Shown: piece by piece, positions 56,639 through 64,000 of the stretch | Layout: every line of letters starts with the position of its first letter | Numbering within the stretch: the first letter of the stretch is position 1 | Notes under the pieces: generated by a model | The model's input: only the letters and a program-made list of their open reading frames with translations | Told to the model about the DNA's origin: nothing | Database searches by the model: none | Assembly: GCA_021613535.1 (NCBI GenBank) | Contig: CP075497.1 | Location: forward strand, 1,984,001-2,048,000 | Direction: 5' to 3' | From: Adineta vaga | Lineage: Eukaryota; Animalia; Rotifera | Length of the DNA: 64,000 bases | Translations under genes and position numbers: made by a program

Positions 56639-59226
56639 ATGAAAATGTCACTGATGTTCTTTTTATTTATTCTTTTCGGTAAGAATTTAAAGAAAATCTT
56701 TTTGTTTTTGTTTGAATCTTTATCTTTTGCTTTTTCTTTAGTTTCACCTATCTTATCCTTTTCATCAATATCTGATGAATGGCATTCAAAATCTCAGTGT
56801 ACTCAAAAAGAATTTGCTAATCACATGGATATTAGTTGTAAATCGAATGAATTTATACTTATTGGTTGGTCACATTATGGAACAAAGAAATCAGGATATA
56901 ATAAACAAGATCAACAACGGTAAATCTCATTTAAATATTCAATTTGATAAAGAATTTTTTAATACGATTAACAATTTAGATGTGAACCATCTGAAAGTGA
57001 TTGTATTATGGATTATACCCATAAAATAGCTGAACTTTGTAATGGTGCTCCACAATGTGAAGTTATTCTCACTCAACAATTTATTCATAAATGTTCCGAT
57101 GAAGCAACGTATTTATTTATCTCTTACCAATGTATTAATAGTAAGTCGAATAAAATAAATTACATTGATAACTGAATTCCTTCTTTTTTTCTCGAATTAT
57201 AGATTCAACAATTGTTGATGTATGTTCATCACGTAGTATGACATCAACGAATGGTCTTAATATAATTAGTCCATCTTTTCCAAATGAATATCCCAATAAT
57301 GTTAATTGTACATGTAGAATTGAACCAACTGAATCCCATGGACAATCTTTACCAATTGCAATCGATGTTGAGGTAAAAGGAGAAAAAAACATGTTCTTTT
57401 TCTAATCTGAAAATCTTTTTGGTTGATTTTAGAGTCTTTCATTTAATTTACAAGATAATGATTATTTATCAACATCAAAATCTTTATCCTTATCGGGCAC
57501 ACTTCCGTTTGGTGCTTCATTATTCAATGAGATCAATTCTCTTCGTCTTCGATTTTTTACAGATGAAACATTAAGTCAATCGGGATTTTGGATTCGTTTA
57601 CATGGTAAATATTTTCATTCAATCTTTCATCGAAACGATTTTTCTCTCTTAGGATATTATCAATGTAATAAAGATGAATATTCTCTTGGTCCAAAATGTA
57701 TAAAAATATTTCAAGAGAAACAAACATGGTCAAATGCACAAGAGAAATGTCTAGCACTTGGTTCACGTTTAATTTATATCAATGATATTGTACAAGAAAA
57801 GAAACTTGCGTATTTTCTTTCAACAAATCAACAACAAACATCATTTTGGATATCCGATGAAAAAGATAAACATAATGGTAAGAAAAATAGACTTGAAAGA
57901 CAATTTATCGTAATTTTCAATTGTTGTTTTAAAAGTTCGATCATGGTGGCCATGGCGATCATCATCGGAAGAAGGTAAATGTATTCTACGGACACAAGAT
58001 GGTTGGTTTAAACGACCTTGTCATGAATTACAAGCATTCATTTGTGAACGAGATACCGATCAACAATCTATACCTCTGACTGTTCGTTGTGGAAATGATC
58101 AAGTACCTTTATCAACGACAACGATCACAACAACAACATTATCATCCTCAATACGAACAACTATCATAACAACAAATGCAGCAGTCCGAGCGTCACCTCC
58201 GACAGTTTCGTTTGTTCAACCTCCTATTGATCAAGTAGAAATTTCATCATTAGCTTCTAAAGAACATATTTTCGTTCCGGCAATTAATCCGGAACAAAGT
58301 TTAACAACCGTTGAACCAAAAACAAATTCATTTGATCCAAGTATGAAATGAACATAATTTGTTCTTATTTAATTCATAAATCAATTGCTCTTTTTCTTAA
58401 AGATATTCTTGCTGCTATATTAGGTGGAATAGCAATTGCGATATTCTCTGTAAATATTATCGTTTGTTATGTATGTAAAAGGTAAAGAATACTTTTGAAT
58501 ATCTCATTAAAAGGTTTAATTGGACTCTTTTTTCTTCTTCTTCTTTACAGACGAACTCAAAAACCTTCGAAATGTAAAACACCTAATGAATCTCAATCAT
58601 CATTTACTCATGAAGAATTACAACGTAGTCTTATGCAACATTTATATCATGAACAGACAAATACCATCTCTTCTTCATCATCCTCATCATCGAAACATTC
58701 ACAATCGAAATCGAATGATACATCAACGACGACAGCAAATGTCAATCTTCTTCAATTATGTTCTCCACCACATTCTTCAAATTCGTCTCATCCGTATATG
58801 ACTCGTTCGAATGCTGCTGCAACCGCATTATGTTTTCGTAATCCTCATGCAGCTATTCATGGAAATGGTGATCCAGTTGATTATCATGTTTATGAAACGA
58901 TTCCTCCAGAAAATACCAACTATACGATATGTACTGCACATAGTGCGTTTAAACCCGTTCTACAAGCAAATTCGCATACAATTCGACCATTTCTTCCACG
59001 AACAAATATTCTCTATCATCCTCCAAATCCTTCGAAACAGTCTTATGAAATATGTTCTCCAACTCCAACGACTTCTGCTGTTTTAATGCCTGTTTGTTGC
59101 CATCATCATTTATCACAGTGTTCAACAGGAACATTAAGACAACATGTTACATCACAGATTATTCCACCGATACCATCGATGAATACACAAGAACAGATCT
59201 ATGCTGGATCCGAAAGTATTGTATGA
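56639..59226 (+). CDS. Type I receptor: SUEL/Gal-lectin-like, CUB and C-type lectin domains, Thr/Ser stalk, TM, tail; multi-exon
   Basis: Signal peptide; ISC..ILIGWSHYG..ELCNGAPQC..YLFISYQC; IISPSFPNEYPNNVNCTC; KCIKIFQEKQTWSNAQEKC..AFICE; TM ILAAILGGIAIAIFSVNIIVCYV; ends ESIV*. Confidence 0.85.
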
Positions 59227-59534
59227 ACAATTCAATGATTTTTATTGTCATACGAAAACGGTGTTGTCAGATGATTTTAATACTAAGTTCAAATATCAAT
59301 CAGAATCGTTCGCGAGTTGTTTTGCCTTTTCTTTTATAACTGTACTTTTCTTTGTTGATGTTGTTTTTCTTTCTCTTTCTTTACTAATAATTTCTTGTCT
59401 CTTTTCTTTTTCTCTCGCGTGTTTATTCTTTATTTTTGTTACCGGTCCTATGTCCTCTGCAATAAAGATTATTAATCATTTCTCTTTTTCTAATGACATT
59501 TTCAAGAAAAAAAAACAACAACAGAGCATTGCTT

Positions 59535-60893
59535 TTACATGGCTTGCAATCTATCCGTATTCCATAACTGTTTAATCGCTGAGTCGTAACTATCAGGAAT
59601 AAGTCGTGGTTCACGATCGATTTGACGAATTATATTTTGCCAATTTTCGATTAATTTTGCTTTTCTTTTTACATTTTCTTCAAACATTTGTTGATTTATC
59701 TGAACGAAATTTGTTCCCGTTAATTTATCAATTAACTCTTCCCATGATGAAAATGTTTGAATATATGGTAATTGATAATAATCCGCAAATTGTAACCAAT
59801 AACTCATTCCTTCATTTGAAATGATATCTTCCGGTGAATAAGGATGATGTGAATTTGGATGTTGTTTTGGCATATCGGAAAAATTTAAATAAGAACCACA
59901 ATAATGAATATCGATCAATGTTCGATCATAGATAAGTTTTAATTCGACAAGAAATTTAATTGATGGAACAAACATTGGTATTCCTAATGCATATAATTCT
60001 GTTATACCATAACTTAAAACAGCATAAGGTAAGATAACTACAGCACGATGATCAGCTATTTGATCAAGTTCATATCGACCGTAAAGACTTTTAGCAGTAG
60101 CGAAGATAAATGTAGACTTCTTTGATTTAGCAGCTTCTGTCATATTTGCTATTAGATGATGGGATAGATGTTGTAAGGGTCCAACTAAAATTTCATTTCT
60201 TTTTTGTGTAAATTTCGTTATATTAAATGCATACCAAAGAGAATTGGCTGGAAGTAGAATAGCATCTAAACCAGTGTAATATTTAATATATTCTTGATCA
60301 TAGCGACCAGCTGCTGCAAGAAAATGTTTTGGTTGTTGATTTGGATGAACTGATTGTTGAAGATGTTGAATAAGTCGATCGATTTCTGGACGTGAACATC
60401 GTGCAAGTGTAAAACGATGTGCTGGTAACCAAATAACTGTTCGATTAAACGGCATATAAACTTCACATAAAGACATTGGAAACGAACAATAAAATGCATT
60501 AGTACTGAACATAACTGGATCTTTGTGATAAAAGGAGAAAAAATTCCGAATATCATCTTCAGTTAAACGATCACTATGTGATCGATGAGTATGCATTAGA
60601 CGAGCAAGTTGATGTTTTTCTTTTAAGAAAATGATATTTGGACGAGTAAAGGCTTTTATATAAGGATTTCTTCGTCCAACAAGATCAGCAATAATAATAG
60701 TTTGATTTAGACCTTGAAGAAGAGTTGCCGTGTCAACACGACAGCCATCATGATTATTAATAACCCAAAATTTTAATGATGACGATGATGATAATTTTTG
60801 TATGTATACTGATTTAGGATATTTCCAAGTTAGAATAAATAGAAATGAAATAAATAAAATAAAAATTGATATAGTACAAAAATTCAGACGCAT
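59535..60893 (-). CDS. Intronless type II membrane protein, glycosyltransferase (GT-B)-like
   Basis: 452-aa ORF with an N-terminal TM anchor. AVVILPYAVLSYGITELYALGIPMFVP resembles the GT-B C-terminal nucleotide-sugar-binding motif. Confidence 0.8.
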   Translation of the reverse strand: MRLNFCTISIFILFISFLFILTWKYPKSVYIQKLSSSSSLKFWVINNHDGCRVDTATLLQGLNQTIIIADLVGRRNPYIKAFTRPNIIFLKEKHQLARLMHTHRSHSDRLTEDDIRNFFSFYHKDPVMFSTNAFYCSFPMSLCEVYMPFNRTVIWLPAHRFTLARCSRPEIDRLIQHLQQSVHPNQQPKHFLAAAGRYDQEYIKYYTGLDAILLPANSLWYAFNITKFTQKRNEILVGPLQHLSHHLIANMTEAAKSKKSTFIFATAKSLYGRYELDQIADHRAVVILPYAVLSYGITELYALGIPMFVPSIKFLVELKLIYDRTLIDIHYCGSYLNFSDMPKQHPNSHHPYSPEDIISNEGMSYWLQFADYYQLPYIQTFSSWEELIDKLTGTNFVQINQQMFEENVKRKAKLIENWQNIIRQIDREPRLIPDSYDSAIKQLWNTDRLQAM

Positions 60894-61155
60894 ATTATAT
60901 TATTTATGTTCTACTTTGAAATGTAAGATCTATTTATACTTACTCTAATGACTATTCATTTACTTCTCAGTTGATAGATCGCTTTTTTTATATCGATGAT
61001 ATGTATTGAAGTAATTATGCAATCAACTCGCTGTTCTTATTTTACCTTGGTATGTATCAAAGTATCAATAGTTTTATGATATCAATTAGATGTAGTATCT
61101 CTTTATTTGCATAAATATTTCAGAAAAAAATTCTCTAAACTGGAGATCGTGCTTG

Positions 61156-61855
61156 TTAATTACTCATTTGTATATCTCGTACATGATTGACAACACCATT
61201 GAGTTGTTGTTGTATCTGAACATTTTGTTGATTGAATTGCTGACAAACGATTGACAATTCTTTCAAAATGAGGATCAATTTCTCAACATTATTATTATTA
61301 TTATTATTCGTTGACGACGACGAAGTCGAAGAAGTATTCAATGATGATAATTGTGCATTCCATTTGTTTTCAAATGCATTCATCATCGATTGAAGTTGCC
61401 TGTGAAAGAGAAAAGAAATAGATGAAATGAGAGTGATGTGATTGATCTTACATTTGTTGTTGTCTGAGCAATTCCATGACACGTTGTTCCGTCAATGGTT
61501 TTTGTGGACACTGAGAAACATAATGTCCTTCTTCGTGACATCGATGACAGATGAGTGGTTGATATGGTCGAACTGGATGTCGTTTTCCATTGATAAGAAT
61601 GAAACCTTGATCGAGAATGGGTTTTGTCTGAGTTTCCGATTTGAAATCAATACGAATAGCGGGAATTGGTTGTCTATCTGCATCATAAAGTCGACAAACT
61701 TTCTCAACACCCATATAATTGTGTCCTAAACTGGTGATAATTTTGCTTACATATTCATCTAATGGAACTTTTGATACAAGGATTGATTTCGTTTTTTGTT
61801 CAGGTATAGACAAAGCATTTTGTGATTGTCGTGGTGACTGATGTTTGGAAGACAT
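61156..61855 (-). CDS. LINE ORF1/gag-like zinc-knuckle protein; 2 exons (copy 2)
   Basis: Paralog of 45282-46011 with CHRCHEEGHYVSQC. Intron 61400-61451 is at the same position. Confidence 0.85.
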
Positions 61856-61898
61856 TGTTTGTTGATGAATAATGGCTTTATAACACTTACAATACGCC

Positions 61899-62213
61899 TT
61901 ATATACTTTTTTCACAACAGAAGAAAACTTACTCAACGATCATAGAAAAAAAGAAAGTAAATCAGATAGTATGTATAATGATAGAGTCGTTAATTTCTTT
62001 ACCATCGGTAAGAAAACGTCGATGACGTCATTTTGACATGCACTTCTCCTACGTCGTGATAACGGAGATTGCATCATCGTTTTCATCGGCTATAAAAAAA
62101 TGTGACTGTTTGGTTATATCCTAATTCGACATGAATCAAAGTTTTTCCATTATATTGCGTTTGAATTGCGAATACACTTGAAATTTAAGATTAACCTACT
62201 TCCGTATGACTCA
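61899..62213 (-). promoter_or_regulatory. TATA box with CRE, CARE and AP-1 sites
   Basis: TATATAA (minus strand) 61899-61905, ATGACGTCAT 62022-62031, ATTGCATCA 62068-62076, TGACTCA 62207-62213. Confidence 0.55.
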
Positions 62214-62216
62214 TTT

Positions 62217-62278
62217 TTGAGGGTGTGGGTAAGGGTGAAGGATAAATCTCACAACTCAAACCACATCCATACCGTCAA
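62217..62278. repeat. Palindromic TGTGGG-type mini-element
   Basis: TTGAGGGTGTGGGT..ACATCCATACCGTCAA. Confidence 0.6.
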
Positions 62279-62521
62279 GATGAAACTTACTTGATGTTGA
62301 TAAAAATTACCCATAACTTTATTAAATTCATAAGGTATAAATAGTGTAAGGAATGAAATCATTTTGATAAGTAAGAATTCGTTTGTAGGAATTCTATTTT
62401 TCATAATCGTTTAATTAATTGTTTAATAGATTGGTGAATTTGTATGTAGAACGAACAAAATCTGTATTGAATCAGTATGAAAATTATTCTTAGTAATAAA
62501 TAGATAATAAAATATTTCTAT

Positions 62522-62688
62522 TTAAATTCGATTGATCCAAATATATAAATCAAAAGGATAATCTTCACTATTAAATTCAGCAGTTATATCTAATCCAAGT
62601 TTTTCGATTTCTTTTTTAATCGAACATATTTCATTTGTCTTTTTTCTTTCATGATTGTGTAGATACGTTAATTTAGGCAAATGTTTAA
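62522..62688 (-). pseudogene. C-terminal remnant of an F-box/LRR-family gene
   Basis: LIKHLPKLTYL..DLYIWINRI*, cut off by the repeat element at 62689. Confidence 0.45.
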
Positions 62689-62798
62689 TTAAGGGGTGGG
62701 TGTGGGTGTGGGTGTGGGTAGGAGTGCTAGTTGTATCTGGCCCCCACCACACCCACACTCACATCCACACACCTACTCACAACCACATCCACCCTTCA
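62689..62798. repeat. Palindromic (TGTGGG)n..(CCCACA)n mini-element
   Basis: TTAAGGGGTGGGTGTGGGTGTGGGTGTGGG..CCACACCCACAC..CACCCTTCA. Confidence 0.8.
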
Positions 62799-62848
62799 TA
62801 TTTTCCAGTTTTTAGAATTCTATAATGAAATAAAACAATGAACACGGA

Positions 62849-63508
62849 TTATTCATGATTTTCTTTATTGATTTTTGAATGATTAATAATTAAATATCCT
62901 CGTGACTCTGATGCCATTTTATCTTCTGTACACATCATTCGTACTAAATCTTTCAAAGATAACCAATGATGAGGAAATCTTATGTTATTTGGATCCAAAA
63001 TGAGAACATGATCTGTTTTTGGATTGAATCCACCAATTAAAGCAAAATGTCCACTTTGATGAATATAATCTTTATCTCGAATATAATATTGTCTCCAATA
63101 ATTAATAATAATAAAATTATTTTCGTTAAGAAGATCTTCACGAAATATTTTTTCATATGAATAATTTTGACAATAATGTATTTGAGAAGATATTCCACAA
63201 AGATGAAGAATTTTCGCTAGATTAATTAATGTTATTCCATTTGACATATAATCTTTTGCAATTGTTGAATAAATTAATGATTGATTCCATTTTTGAATTG
63301 GTAATAATGTTTTTAATAATGTTGATATGCAAGCAATACCACAAAATGAAAGATGTTCTTGATATTCAAAATAAGAATTAAGATAATCATATGCAATATG
63401 AAATGATTGAGAAAAAAACTCTTCGCCACTTGACGAAGATAAAGGGATTATCACAGATGGATACCACAGATCTGTTGGAATTTGTGTTTTAAATGTATTA
63501 GCATCCAT
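62849..63508 (-). CDS. Phytochelatin synthase-like protein (catalytic domain only), intronless
   Basis: QEHLSFCG (Gln/Cys), GITL..L, SGHFALIGG (His), VLILDP (Asp), HWLSLKDL..M..D..SRGY; 219 aa. Confidence 0.9.
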   Translation of the reverse strand: MDANTFKTQIPTDLWYPSVIIPLSSSSGEEFFSQSFHIAYDYLNSYFEYQEHLSFCGIACISTLLKTLLPIQKWNQSLIYSTIAKDYMSNGITLINLAKILHLCGISSQIHYCQNYSYEKIFREDLLNENNFIIINYWRQYYIRDKDYIHQSGHFALIGGFNPKTDHVLILDPNNIRFPHHWLSLKDLVRMMCTEDKMASESRGYLIINHSKINKENHE

Positions 63509-64000
63509 TTAATAATTATTTTGACAGATTTATATTGAGTTTCCTTTTCTTACGAAATACGGAAGGCTTTTACGCAATATAATGATTCATTCGCTAAATA
63601 GGAACAAATCATAATCAACCTCAAATGATAGATATCACATATTTACAGTTTTTTTATTTATTTCAATCATAATTCTAAAATCAACTAAAATCTTCCATAC
63701 TCCATTATCATTATAGACAACATAATTCAAATAAGAACTTTCTTATTGATTTGATTTGCAAAAATAATAAATAACTTATTATTTCATAAAAGTATTTTTC
63801 TATGGAAATATATACAAACAATTTGATTAATAAAAAAGAAATCTACATGAATTGAAATAAAAGATCAAAATCTGGTTGAACAAAAACTAGGCTTTGGAAA
63901 ACACTGTTGGCTGAATTTTCAAGTTGACATAATTCGATTGGTGAAAAGCATGATATCGAAAATAATGAGCATTGGTATTTAAACAATATTTTCTTGACTT

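Noticed and set aside
45282-61855. Single giant transposon with the ORF1-like genes as terminal inverted repeats
   Set aside because: No transposase, TSD or sharp shared outer termini; similarity is highest inside the genes.
7281-63508. Bacterial contamination as the source of nadE, PCS and the GH-like gene
   Set aside because: nadE has spliceosomal introns, and all share the host AT-rich composition and are interleaved with metazoan genes.
63700-64000. Possible minus-strand exon at the window edge
   Set aside because: Open for about 50 codons but unidentifiable and truncated by the window.

Overview
AT-rich eukaryotic DNA with very short (~50-60 nt) GT-AG introns. Gene content, intron size, the F-box/LRR and receiver-like family remnants and the foreign-looking genes point to a bdelloid rotifer (inferred from sequence style, not proven). 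Conserved animal genes: CCDC81-like, PRPS, inorganic pyrophosphatase, CCDC166-like, NOS1AP/CAPON, SART3 and a SUEL-CUB-C-type-lectin receptor. Probable horizontally acquired genes: a bacterial-type NH3-dependent NAD synthetase that has gained two introns, a short phytochelatin synthase, two intronless ~450-aa enzymes and an enoyl-CoA hydratase pseudogene. About 21-35 kb is decayed F-box/LRR pseudogenes and DNA-transposon MITEs. Most notable: (1) two convergent, intron-containing, LINE-ORF1/gag-like zinc-knuckle genes with no RT, with TATA boxes and ATF4/C/EBP-type stress elements, partly homogenised by gene conversion and bracketing 15 kb; (2) a PRPS-nadE-PPA neighbourhood of metabolically coupled enzymes; (3) a 1.3-kb apparently identical duplication that may create a truncated pyrophosphatase; (4) a family of tiny palindromic elements built from telomere-like TGTGGG repeats. 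All protein family calls are by motif recognition; no database searches were run.
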